IMG/VR virus record: IMGVR_UViG_3300045988_097328
Direction: 5' to 3' (one strand)
Length of the DNA: 51,663 nucleotides
Origin: a virus
The notes below the pieces were generated by a model, which saw only the letters and a list, made by a program, of their open reading frames with translations, ran no database searches and was not told where the DNA came from. Of the stretch, positions 33,946-42,395 are shown in pieces. The number at the start of each line of letters is the position of its first letter. Within the stretch, counting starts at the first letter, position 1. The translations under genes were made by a program, and so were the position numbers.

Positions 33946-34092
33946 ATGACGGCAGACAGCAGGAAAGTCACACTGCGAATGGGCGCGGGGCTTCATCGCA
34001 AGCTGCAAGTCCTTGCAGAGCGCGAAAACCGAAGCGTCAACCAGCAGATGATTCACATCATCCAGCACGCCATTGATGGGAGCGAGAAGTAG
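33946..34092 (+). CDS. ribbon-helix-helix (CopG-like) protein, 48 aa
   Basis: below the track cutoff; AGAGAGGTGA RBS; KVTLRMGAGLHRKLQVLAERENRSVNQQMIHIIQHAI. Confidence 0.6.
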   Translation: MTADSRKVTLRMGAGLHRKLQVLAERENRSVNQQMIHIIQHAIDGSEK

Positions 34093-34269
34093 TCTGGGCG
34101 ACACAGGCGGACGCGAAAAAGGCTTTGCGCGGAAGCAACGTCTAATTCGCACAAAAACGCCCTCAGGAGCGCTTGCACGTCCAGACTGGTATTTCCTCAC
34201 CTGATGGGCTGGAAGCGATCAGAACGCCGTTTTTGTCCTTGTAGAGTGTGTGTCCAGCGCAAACGCGCA

Positions 34270-34581
34270 TCAGGAGCGCGATGTGATGAACTCGATGTAC
34301 TTCATCACATCCGCACGCTGGAGCGCGGAAAGAGACTTCACCTGTTCTGTCAGCGGGTCGAAGTCGGGCGGCGAGAACGCGTTCTCATCACGTCCAACGA
34401 GTGTATCAAGAGAAACGCCGAGGACATCCGCGATTGCGATAAGCCGCGTCGGAACGGGGTTGCTTCTTCCAGATTCATAGTTCTGGATTGTAATCTCTGC
34501 GACATTGGCGCGTTCTGCAAGCTGTTGCTGGCTCAGCCCGTTCGAGAGCCGAAGCGCAAGCAGAATTTCCGGGAACGGCAC
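34270..34581 (-). CDS. XRE-family HTH repressor paralogue
   Basis: 103 aa; GLSQQQLAERANVAEITIQNYESG; C-terminal ...QRADVMKYIEFI. Confidence 0.75.
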   Translation of the reverse strand: MPFPEILLALRLSNGLSQQQLAERANVAEITIQNYESGRSNPVPTRLIAIADVLGVSLDTLVGRDENAFSPPDFDPLTEQVKSLSALQRADVMKYIEFITSRS

Positions 34582-34592
34582 GGTGCATCACC

Positions 34593-34919
34593 TCACTTGT
34601 GCGGGTTCGCCCGGACGTATCGAGCGTACCGCATGACTTCTTCCCGGTCTGACGGAGCAAGCGCGGAAATCTCCAAGTAGAGCGTGTCCGTTTCTTTGGG
34701 AGACGGCGCACCGTCACTGCCGGAAAGATAGTCAACCGTTACGCCGAGCAAGTCCGCCATCTTGCAAAGAAGCTCGACACTTGGCGAACGATTTGCCTTT
34801 TGGAGCATCGACAACGCACCGGGAGTGATGCCGCAGGAATCAGCAAACGCCGCGTTTGTAATGCCAGCTTCTTTACACAGATTAGTCAGTCGAGAAGCAA
34901 AAATTTCGCGTGAAAACAT
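34593..34919 (-). CDS. XRE-family HTH repressor (CI-like), divergent from the 35007 gene
   Basis: 108 aa; ITNAAFADSCGITPGALSMLQKA; C-terminal ...DREEVMRYARYV. Confidence 0.75.
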   Translation of the reverse strand: MFSREIFASRLTNLCKEAGITNAAFADSCGITPGALSMLQKANRSPSVELLCKMADLLGVTVDYLSGSDGAPSPKETDTLYLEISALAPSDREEVMRYARYVRANPHK

Positions 34920-34929
34920 GGTTTACCCC

Positions 34930-34958
34930 TTGACATTCACGCAAAGTGAATGTATAAT
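34930..34958 (+). promoter_or_regulatory. perfect sigma-70 promoter with a spacer palindrome (early rightward promoter)
   Basis: TTGACA 34930-34935, N17, TATAAT 34953-34958; CATTCAC-gcaaa-GTGAATG at 34934-34952. Confidence 0.8.
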
Positions 34959-35006
34959 GTTATCAGAGGTAAGTCAAGAAATTACCTCAAGCAAGAAGGG
35001 AGAGCA

Positions 35007-35198
35007 ATGTACAGGCAACTGAAACGGATGCGCGAAGCAAACGGTTGGTCGCGCGAGAACGTTGCGCAGCGTGTCGGTGTGAATGTACCAATGCTGTGCA
35101 TGATTGAGACTGGGAAGCGTGACCCGTCCTACAAAGTGTTGGTAGCGCTGGAGGACGTATTTCACACTTCCCACCGAGACCTATTACGAGAGGAGTGA
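35007..35198 (+). CDS. XRE-family HTH regulator (Cro-like)
   Basis: AAGGGAGAG RBS, ATG 35007; 63 aa. Confidence 0.75.
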   Translation: MYRQLKRMREANGWSRENVAQRVGVNVPMLCMIETGKRDPSYKVLVALEDVFHTSHRDLLREE

Positions 35199-35205
35199 CA
35201 CGGAG

Positions 35206-35349
35206 ATGCCACACGCAGACCCGGCAGGATTCGTCCTTTTGGGCTTGAGCATCGCACTCATCGCCGCGCTATGGCTGATTAACGAGGTAGCAACCTACAT
35301 CAGCGTAGACCGCGAGGGACGACGCGAAAACAGAATCCTGCACAAGTAG
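35206..35349 (+). CDS. small membrane peptide (47 aa)
   Basis: below the track cutoff; GFVLLGLSIALIAALWLI; weak RBS. Confidence 0.3.
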   Translation: MPHADPAGFVLLGLSIALIAALWLINEVATYISVDREGRRENRILHK

Positions 35350-35460
35350 TCTATCACGGGGAAGGGTGGAAAATCAAACACCCCCTCCCGAAGAAGAAAG
35401 AAAATCAATTTTTTTTAGCGGAAAACTTGACCGCTGGGCAAGTCAAGGAAAGGAGAAACG

Positions 35461-35643
35461 TTGGTAAACATTAGAAACCTTGCAGAAAGCAGGGGGTTGA
35501 AGATGGCGGACATTGCGCGAATCACGGGGATTTCGGAATCAATGCTTTCGCGGATTGCGAATGGTGAACGCAACGTTACGCCGAAAGTTGCAAAAAGCAT
35601 TGCGCCGACTTTGGGCGTGGACTGGTGGACACTTATCGACTGA
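35461..35643 (+). CDS. XRE-family HTH protein
   Basis: AAGGAG then TTG 35461; KMADIARITGISESMLSRIANG. Confidence 0.7.
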   Translation: MVNIRNLAESRGLKMADIARITGISESMLSRIANGERNVTPKVAKSIAPTLGVDWWTLID

Positions 35644-35680
35644 TAGCGCAAAAAGCGCAAAGATAGAAAGGGGTATCACA

Positions 35681-35929
35681 ATGGAAAAGGATTCTATCAA
35701 GTTGCAAATTGCAAACCAGCGCGGTTGCGTATCGCGCGGGGACGCGAACAAGACGATTTTCGCCATTCGTCAGAGCGCGCGGAAGCTGAAAGCCATGACG
35801 CGCGACGAGTTCGCGAGGCTGGGGGGCTGGGACGATATCAACAAAGCATACGGCGCGTATGAAGCCGTGATGGAAGCCCTGCTGTTGGCGGTTGAGTACG
35901 AAATGGACAAGACGGCGGTAGCCGTCTAA
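35681..35929 (+). CDS. hypothetical protein (82 aa)
   Basis: AAAGGGG RBS, ATG 35681. Confidence 0.55.
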   Translation: MEKDSIKLQIANQRGCVSRGDANKTIFAIRQSARKLKAMTRDEFARLGGWDDINKAYGAYEAVMEALLLAVEYEMDKTAVAV

Positions 35930-35942
35930 GGGGGGGAAGAAA

Positions 35943-36266
35943 ATGCAAATCCTGAATCTTGAGAAAATCGTGCCGGACGAGGAAGCCAGGAAAGAACTCT
36001 TTGAGCAGCACATGATGGAAACCACGCTGCGGCTTAATGCGCCGCGCATCATCCGCGAACTCGACAACGCTTGCGACAGCAAGCGCACCGCCGACCACAT
36101 TTGGAAGATTATCTGGATGGACGTACGGAGCGGGAAGGTGAAGGACTACGGAGCCTTTCAGAAGGTTTTCCCCGGCGAATTTGATGCCTACGTTGTCTAC
36201 GGAGACATCATGAATAAGCTGCTTGAAGAAATCAGCGACAAGATGGGGGCGCTTTGGAATGACTGA
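35943..36266 (+). CDS. hypothetical protein (107 aa)
   Basis: GGGGGGAAGAAA then ATG. Confidence 0.55.
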   Translation: MQILNLEKIVPDEEARKELFEQHMMETTLRLNAPRIIRELDNACDSKRTADHIWKIIWMDVRSGKVKDYGAFQKVFPGEFDAYVVYGDIMNKLLEEISDKMGALWND

Positions 36267-36606
36267 CTTCCAGCGAGCAACCGGGATAACGATGCAGCCG
36301 GAGGAAGGAGAAGGCTTGCGGTGGTGTCCCATCGACGCGGTAATTGTCAAGCAGATTCGCAACCATCTGGGCGACAGCGCCGCAATGCGCATCGTCTACG
36401 ACGCCGTCTGCAACATGGCGGGCATTAACACGCCGGACGACATCACCAAGCTGACGTTCGAGCGGGCGTATAGCCGCGCACTGTCCGAGACGGGGCGGTA
36501 TCAGGCGGGGGAAATTGACGCACAGGGCAATTTCATCGCGGAGGTAATCGCGACGGCTTTCGCCCTTGCGCCTACTAATATTGTAGCAGATAGGGGGGCT
36601 AAGTAA
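36259..36606 (+). CDS. hypothetical protein (115 aa)
   Basis: ATG 36259 overlaps the previous gene end. Confidence 0.55.
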   Translation: MTDFQRATGITMQPEEGEGLRWCPIDAVIVKQIRNHLGDSAAMRIVYDAVCNMAGINTPDDITKLTFERAYSRALSETGRYQAGEIDAQGNFIAEVIATAFALAPTNIVADRGAK

Positions 36607-37059
36607 ATGCCGGAATTTCGCGGTTATGAGCTGCGAACCGCCAGAGAGCAAGCAGGGCTGCGCTTGTGGCAGGTGGCGCAGGAAATCCACACGTCGGAAT
36701 CGTGCATCCGCCGCTGGGAAGGAGACGAAGCAGAGCCGTCGCCAGAAGTCATCGACCAGATTGAGGAGCTGTACAAATGCCCTATGCTGTGGCATCGCTG
36801 GATGCTGTCACACAGTGACAGTTATCGGCGGCATTACAGCCCGATTAGCGACACGACGACGATGGGGAGCGTCCTGCGAAATCGGTACGCAATCGAGGAC
36901 ATTCTGCGATTGCAGGAAGCCATTGAGCGCGACGTGAGCGACGACGGGAAAATCGACAACCTGATGAACAGCGACAAGTATGTCGAGTTAATCAAAAAGG
37001 CGGTTGCTTGCCTCTCTGACACGCTTGCGCGAATCGAGAAAAGGAGTGGCGCGAAATGA
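36607..37059 (+). CDS. HTH (XRE-like N-terminus) protein
   Basis: 150 aa; AGLRLWQVAQEIHTSESCIRRWEG. Confidence 0.6.
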   Translation: MPEFRGYELRTAREQAGLRLWQVAQEIHTSESCIRRWEGDEAEPSPEVIDQIEELYKCPMLWHRWMLSHSDSYRRHYSPISDTTTMGSVLRNRYAIEDILRLQEAIERDVSDDGKIDNLMNSDKYVELIKKAVACLSDTLARIEKRSGAK

Positions 37060-37340
37060 CGCAGTACCTCAACACCGAGCGCGTCGCCGAAATTCTCTGC
37101 ATCAGCAAGGAGAGCGCCCGGAAATTCATGCGCGAAATGCCGCACATCTGCATCGGCGGAAAGGCGCACGAAACCATCCGCGTAACGGTCAGCGACTTTG
37201 AGCAGGAGATGGAGCGGCGCAAGCGTTACCCGACGCAGGAGCAGGAGAACGAGGTCATTCGCCAGCGGAAGAAGCGCAATGACCTTGTGGCGCGCGGACT
37301 GATGAACCCTGACGGCACAATTGCCCGGAGACGGGCATAA
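37056..37340 (+). CDS. excisionase/MerR-type HTH DNA-binding protein
   Basis: 94 aa; LNTERVAEILCISKESARKFM. Confidence 0.5.
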   Translation: MTQYLNTERVAEILCISKESARKFMREMPHICIGGKAHETIRVTVSDFEQEMERRKRYPTQEQENEVIRQRKKRNDLVARGLMNPDGTIARRRA

Positions 37341-37450
37341 AAAAAGCGCCCGTGACGCGGGTACAAAGCGCATCACGAGCAGACAGAAAGGGTAATGTGG
37401 CGGTTAAGCCACTGCCATTCTACCACAAAAACGAAAGGAAGTCAACATAT

Positions 37451-37966
37451 ATGGAGCAGTTTATCAACGAAATCGAGGAAAACGAACAGGAAGACCGCGC
37501 GGGTTTTGTCATCGACAACGACCAGAAGGCGGACTGGGCGGTTCGCCGCATCGCAGAGCTGGAAGCCGACACGCAGAAATGGAAGGACTACTACAAGGCA
37601 CAGAGTGAGCGCGTGGCGCAGTCCAACCAGCAGAGCATTGACTACTTCACCGCGCTGCTGGAAAGCTACTTCGACACCGTTCCGCACAAGGCGACGAAGA
37701 CCAGCGAGAAGTACAAGCTGCCGAGCGGCGTTCTGGTTCGCAAGACGCAAGCGCCGGAGTACGAGCGCGACGATGCGCAGATTATCGCGTGGTGCGCAGA
37801 GAATGCGCCGTCCTGCGTGGAGAACGTGCCGAAGCTGAAATGGACGGCGCTGAAAGGGCTGCTTGTAGAAAACAACGGACAGGCGATTGATGAAATTACG
37901 GGCGAAGTCGTTCCCGGCATCAAAATCATCCCGCGCGACCCGGTTTTCGCGGTGCAGAAGGGGTGA
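37451..37966 (+). CDS. Mu Gam-like host-nuclease inhibitor candidate
   Basis: 171 aa from ATG 37451; N-terminal coiled coil plus KYKLPSGVLVRKTQ pattern, from memory. Confidence 0.5.
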   Translation: MEQFINEIEENEQEDRAGFVIDNDQKADWAVRRIAELEADTQKWKDYYKAQSERVAQSNQQSIDYFTALLESYFDTVPHKATKTSEKYKLPSGVLVRKTQAPEYERDDAQIIAWCAENAPSCVENVPKLKWTALKGLLVENNGQAIDEITGEVVPGIKIIPRDPVFAVQKG

Positions 37967-37971
37967 GGCGA

Positions 37972-38169
37972 ATGGCGAGACGCTGCTGCTTATGTGGGGC
38001 ATATCTGGATAGCGGAGAGTGCTGCGACTGCGGATGCAGCCAAACGGACGAAGTGCCGCGAGGGTGCAGGAAGCCCGTGCGAAGGGTTGATGAAGCCAGC
38101 CGCACGGGAGAGGATTGGCGCTGGGAGAAGTACATAAACGAGCAGTATCAGCGATGGTACGAGTGCTGA
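37972..38169 (+). CDS. small Cys-rich (zinc-finger-like) protein
   Basis: CCLCGAYLDSGECCDCGC. Confidence 0.45.
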   Translation: MARRCCLCGAYLDSGECCDCGCSQTDEVPRGCRKPVRRVDEASRTGEDWRWEKYINEQYQRWYEC

Positions 38170-38183
38170 CAGGAGGAACGAGC

Positions 38184-38864
38184 ATGGAAAACGGGCAGAT
38201 TTACGCCGCAATTAGCGCGGCGATGGCGGACATCGGGGCAATCAGCAAGGACAAATACAGCAAAGAGATAGGCTATAAATTTCGTGGCATCGACGATGTC
38301 ATGAACGCACTAAAGCCAGTGCTAACCAAAAACAAGATTTTCACCGTTCCGCAGGTGTTGGAGCAAACACGCGAAGAGAGGGTAACGGTGAAGGGTGTAA
38401 AGCTGCGGTACAGTCTGCTGAAAATCGCGTTCCGCTTCTACACCACCGACGGTAGCTTTGTCGAGGCGGTAACGCTGGGCGAGGGCATGGACAGCGGCGA
38501 CAAGGCAAGCAATAAGGCGATGGCAATTGCCTATAAGTACGCGCTGTTCCAGGTGTTCTGCATCCCGACCGAGGAAATGACCGACCCGGACGGTGAAAGC
38601 TACGAGACAAAGCACGAGCCGCCGAAGAAGCCGGAGCAGCCGAAGCCGCAGAGCAAGCCGGCAGAGAACCCGGCAGAAACGCCGACGAACTACATCATGC
38701 GCGAATGCAGCAACATCGGCATGGATATGCAGGAGTTGGGCAGAGTTCGCGCCGCGCTTGTGGAAGAAAACATCGTCCGCAACATCCCGACGAAAGAGAT
38801 GACGATGGCGGACGCAAAGGCGCTGATGGACGCGGTGAAAGCTAATTTCCGGGAGGCGTCATGA
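38184..38864 (+). CDS. erf: ERF-family single-strand annealing protein
   Basis: AGGAGGAA RBS; ...IGYKFRGIDDVMNALKPVL...SNKAMAIAYKYALFQVF... Confidence 0.7.
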   Translation: MENGQIYAAISAAMADIGAISKDKYSKEIGYKFRGIDDVMNALKPVLTKNKIFTVPQVLEQTREERVTVKGVKLRYSLLKIAFRFYTTDGSFVEAVTLGEGMDSGDKASNKAMAIAYKYALFQVFCIPTEEMTDPDGESYETKHEPPKKPEQPKPQSKPAENPAETPTNYIMRECSNIGMDMQELGRVRAALVEENIVRNIPTKEMTMADAKALMDAVKANFREAS

Positions 38865-39217
38865 TGAATAGGGCAGAACGCAGGAAAGCGGCGCGGGACA
38901 TGACCCACGCCACGCAGAGCATCATGAGGGCGCGGGGAGGCTACGAACGCGAGTATGAGCGCGGAGCGAAGGACGCGGAACGCCACGCAATCAAGATGAT
39001 TTTCGCCGGAATGTGCCTTGCGATGAAAGAGGAGTTCGGGTTTGGCGCACAGCGGATTCATCGGATGCTGACGGCGACGCAAAAGTATCTGCAACCCGGC
39101 GCGTACTTCACAACGGCAGAATTGATTGATGAGGTGTTGGAGAAGACGGGCATCAGGCTGGATTTCGATGACCCGTTTGACATGGTGGAGCGAATTGAGA
39201 AAGGGGAAAGGCAATGA
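38861..39217 (+). CDS. hypothetical protein (118 aa)
   Basis: ATGA overlap with erf. Confidence 0.55.
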   Translation: MMNRAERRKAARDMTHATQSIMRARGGYEREYERGAKDAERHAIKMIFAGMCLAMKEEFGFGAQRIHRMLTATQKYLQPGAYFTTAELIDEVLEKTGIRLDFDDPFDMVERIEKGERQ

Positions 39218-39786
39218 ATGTAGTCAGCAACGTGGAAATCATGGGGCTTGCGTCGAGCGTAAAGGCAAGCCGCTATCCGATGGCAACCGACACGGAGAAT
39301 TGCAGCGCGGAAGTCACAGAGCGGACGATGGCGCTTGCAAACTGCCAGACGGGGAGCGGACACGACCAGTTTTTGACGGGAATCGTCGTGCAGTTTGACC
39401 TCACGTTCACCGTCAAGGCGTGGGTGGAAGCGGAACGGTATCATTTTCTGGACTTCGTTTCGAGCCAGTCCACAATGCACCGAATTATGAGCATGGACAT
39501 CGACAAGCAATGTATCGACTATGTGCGCCGGGAAACAATCGAGCTTGTGGAGAAGCTGATTGCGGAGTACAAGGAAGCCCCCACGCCGGAACGGTATCTT
39601 GCAGTCCTCTACAACGTGCCTGTTGGCTTGCGGCTGACGGCGCGGATGACAACCAACTACCGGCAGCTTAAAACCATCTACCAGCAGCGTGGAAACCACC
39701 GTCTGCCGGAATGGAGGGCGTTCTGCGCATGGATTGAGACGCTGCCGAGGGCGGAATTTATCACAGGGAGAGCAAAGGAGGTATAA
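39214..39786 (+). CDS. divergent ThyX-like (flavin-dependent thymidylate synthase fold) protein
   Basis: 190 aa; ERYHFLDFVSSQSTMHR in place of the RHR..S...SxR signature; C-terminal NYRQLKTIYQQRGNHRLPEWR. Confidence 0.4.
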   Translation: MNVVSNVEIMGLASSVKASRYPMATDTENCSAEVTERTMALANCQTGSGHDQFLTGIVVQFDLTFTVKAWVEAERYHFLDFVSSQSTMHRIMSMDIDKQCIDYVRRETIELVEKLIAEYKEAPTPERYLAVLYNVPVGLRLTARMTTNYRQLKTIYQQRGNHRLPEWRAFCAWIETLPRAEFITGRAKEV

Positions 39787-39790
39787 AGGC

Positions 39791-40282
39791 GTGAACGAAG
39801 AGGCAAAGGCAGCAAGGCGTGAATACTACCGTGCGTATTACAGAACGCATAAACAAGAGCTGCAAAAACACAAGGAACGCTATTGGGAGAAATATGTCCA
39901 ACGCGCAAAGCAGACGAAAACAACCAAAGATGGAGACCGAACGCATTGCCCATATTGCGGAGCAAGCCTCAAAGAAGAGCCGAATCGCCTATTGTCTATT
40001 GAAGAAATAAAGGATTCGGATGATAAAATCATATGGATTGAAATGGCTTATATAGATGGACGAAAAATACCATATCTCAGAAAAGGGCTGCTGTACACGG
40101 TAAGAGACTATGGAGTAATAGAGATTTTGAGCGAATCTGTTAAAGTCGGCGGTTATATAGCGGATATAATACGATTAGATACGAGACTTAACAATCTGAC
40201 GTGGCGTTGTTGGTTACGCAAGCCAACAGATGAAGAGAGAGAAGCAATGCTGTGGGAGGAGGAAAGCAACAATGCCGACTAA
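39791..40282 (+). CDS. zinc-ribbon protein with C-terminal WRCW domain (paralogue 1)
   Basis: AAGGAGG then GTG 39791; HCPYCGASL; PNRLLSIEEI...TWRCWLRKPTDEEREAMLWEE. Confidence 0.6.
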   Translation: MNEEAKAARREYYRAYYRTHKQELQKHKERYWEKYVQRAKQTKTTKDGDRTHCPYCGASLKEEPNRLLSIEEIKDSDDKIIWIEMAYIDGRKIPYLRKGLLYTVRDYGVIEILSESVKVGGYIADIIRLDTRLNNLTWRCWLRKPTDEEREAMLWEEESNNAD

Positions 40283-40544
40283 GCAGCGAAACCGCGTTCT
40301 GACGTTTGCCGAAGCAATCACGCAGAACCAAAAGACGGCGCGTGTTTGGGTGGAACTGCGCTACAATATTCCAATCTGCGCGTATTTCCTCGTGCGCACA
40401 AACAAAACGTGCCGAGTGATTCCGTACAATCTTGGTATTGGCAGCTTCGTCGTCGGAGAAGAGGACTACGGCACAAAGTGGCGGTGCTGGGAAAAAGAGC
40501 CGACACGAGAAGAAACCAAACGCGAGCCGTGGAGTGCGCCATGA
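40272..40544 (+). CDS. WRCW-domain protein (paralogue 2)
   Basis: GGAGGAGG RBS; NRVLTFAEAI...KWRCWEKEPTREETKREPW. Confidence 0.6.
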   Translation: MPTKQRNRVLTFAEAITQNQKTARVWVELRYNIPICAYFLVRTNKTCRVIPYNLGIGSFVVGEEDYGTKWRCWEKEPTREETKREPWSAP

Positions 40545-41254
40545 TTGCGACAGTCGGCAAAGTCATCGAGAAACCGGGCAGCCTGACAATCCAGACTGCC
40601 CGCCCCGATGCGGAAAACCTATCCGATACAGTCACCGTGCTATGGCAGGATTGCCGCACGATTAGTCCAGAGCAACGACGTAAGGCGTGGGCGCTGATTG
40701 GCGAGATAGCCGCCGCGACGGGATACCTCGGACAGGGGGACAAAAGCGACCTCAACACAATGCTCAAGGCGGAGTTTCTGCGAGCGCGAATTGATAAGCT
40801 ACAAGCGGAGGCAATCAAGGCATTCAGCCTGTCCGACGTGGATATGACAACCGCACGGCTCTATATTGATTGGCTTGTTGAGTTCTGCGTGGTAAACGAC
40901 ATCCAAACAAAACAGCCGCTTGTGGAGTACGCGGAGGACATTGGCGCGTATATCTATGCTTGCGTGATGCACAAGCAATGCGCCGTCTGCGGACGCAGAC
41001 CGTCAGAACTCCATCACTGGGAGCGCGTCGGAATGGGCGCAGACCGAACGGAAATCAATCATATCGGGCTGACTTGCGAACCGCTTTGCCGGGTACATCA
41101 CACGGAGTGCCACACGATGGCACAGGCGGAGTTCGACGAGAAGTACCACATTCAGCCCGTTAAAATCGACGAAAAAATAGCTAAGCTGTATAAGCTTGGG
41201 AGGAAAAGCAATGAACAAGCTGACAATCATCGGAAATCTGACGCGCGACGTTGA
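40541..41254 (+). CDS. phage Zn/His-Cys (HNH-like, DUF968-like) protein
   Basis: ATGA overlap; CAVCGRRPSELHHWERVGMG...CEPLCRVHHTECH. Confidence 0.5.
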   Translation: MIATVGKVIEKPGSLTIQTARPDAENLSDTVTVLWQDCRTISPEQRRKAWALIGEIAAATGYLGQGDKSDLNTMLKAEFLRARIDKLQAEAIKAFSLSDVDMTTARLYIDWLVEFCVVNDIQTKQPLVEYAEDIGAYIYACVMHKQCAVCGRRPSELHHWERVGMGADRTEINHIGLTCEPLCRVHHTECHTMAQAEFDEKYHIQPVKIDEKIAKLYKLGRKSNEQADNHRKSDARR

Positions 41255-41612
41255 GTTGCGCACAACGCAGAGCGGCAAGAGCGTCGCCAATTTCACGGTT
41301 GCGGTCAATCGCCGCGCGAAACCGGGCGAAAAGGCGGAAGCAGACTTTTTTCGGGTATCTGTCTGGGATAAGCAAGCGGAAACGTGCCAAAAGTATCTTG
41401 CCAAGGGACGCAAGGTGTGTGTGATTGGCAGCGTCAGCGTCAGCACATACAACGCCAACGACGGAAGCACACGCGCGACGCTGGAAGTTTTCGCGCAGGA
41501 TGTTGAGTTTTTGGACAGCGCGAAACAGGATGCACCGCAGACAGCGCACGAGGCGGCTCAACCGCCCGCGCCGCAGTACACCCCGGTATACAACGAGGAT
41601 TTGCCGTTCTAA
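41211..41612 (+). CDS. ssb: single-stranded DNA-binding protein
   Basis: MNKLTIIGNLTRDVELR...FFRVSVWDKQAE...; acidic tip EDLPF. Confidence 0.9.
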   Translation: MNKLTIIGNLTRDVELRTTQSGKSVANFTVAVNRRAKPGEKAEADFFRVSVWDKQAETCQKYLAKGRKVCVIGSVSVSTYNANDGSTRATLEVFAQDVEFLDSAKQDAPQTAHEAAQPPAPQYTPVYNEDLPF

Positions 41613-41634
41613 CGGCGGCTGATTGAGGTAGCAA

Positions 41635-42393
41635 ATGGCGAAGGTAAAGTATGTGCCGATACCGCTCGATATGGCTGACGACATCGAAGAACTGTCCGAC
41701 GAGGAAATCGGGCTTGTTGTCAGGGCGTACCTGCAATATGGAAGGAGCGGAGAAACGGCTGAAATGCCGCGTACAATCAAGTACCTTTATAACGCACTTG
41801 TCCGTGAACTGGACAGAGCGAGCGAGGGATATGAGAAAAAAGTTGCGGCTGGCAAATCAGGTGGGCGTGGTCGCCCAAAGAAAGAACTGCCCGAAGAAAT
41901 CCAGCAGCCAGAACAGGCACAGCTCAACCCCAAACAAGAGCAGAAACCAGAAGTGCACACCCCTGCACCCTTCATCAGCGACGAAGCAGCCGCAGAAATC
42001 CAGCAAGGCACAAACGAGGTGCTGGACGAAGCGAAACGGCAAGGATTCCCCGACACGACGGCGACGATGGAGACGCTCAACCAGCTTGTAGCAGACAACA
42101 GCGCGGAAGAAGTGCTGGAATGCGTGAAAATCGCCGGAGAATCTGGGAAGCCTAACATCCGATACCTCAAGGGTGTAATCAATGGACGCGCGAAAGAGAA
42201 ACAGGAGAAAGAGCGACGAGAGCAAGCGCGGATTGAGGCGGAAAAGCACCCGATAAGGTTTATCAACAGCACGGATGAAATTGAAGTACACGAACCGCCG
42301 AAAGTCAAACAAAGAGATGTATTTATGAATAGCGTTGGGTATCCAGAGGTACGGACGAAGTTGGAAGAAATAGCGAGAAAATGGAGTAGTTAA
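41635..42393 (+). CDS. DnaD-like replisome organiser / replication initiation protein
   Basis: 252 aa upstream of DnaB; C-terminal ...NIRYLKGVINGRAKE typical of DnaD-domain proteins. Confidence 0.6.
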   Translation: MAKVKYVPIPLDMADDIEELSDEEIGLVVRAYLQYGRSGETAEMPRTIKYLYNALVRELDRASEGYEKKVAAGKSGGRGRPKKELPEEIQQPEQAQLNPKQEQKPEVHTPAPFISDEAAAEIQQGTNEVLDEAKRQGFPDTTATMETLNQLVADNSAEEVLECVKIAGESGKPNIRYLKGVINGRAKEKQEKERREQARIEAEKHPIRFINSTDEIEVHEPPKVKQRDVFMNSVGYPEVRTKLEEIARKWSS

Positions 42394-42395
42394 AG

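Noticed and set aside
37442-38185. 247-aa minus-strand ORF opposite the Gam-like and Cys-rich genes
   Set aside because: It is antisense to RBS-preceded, co-directional early genes. It is R/L/A-rich and has no RBS.
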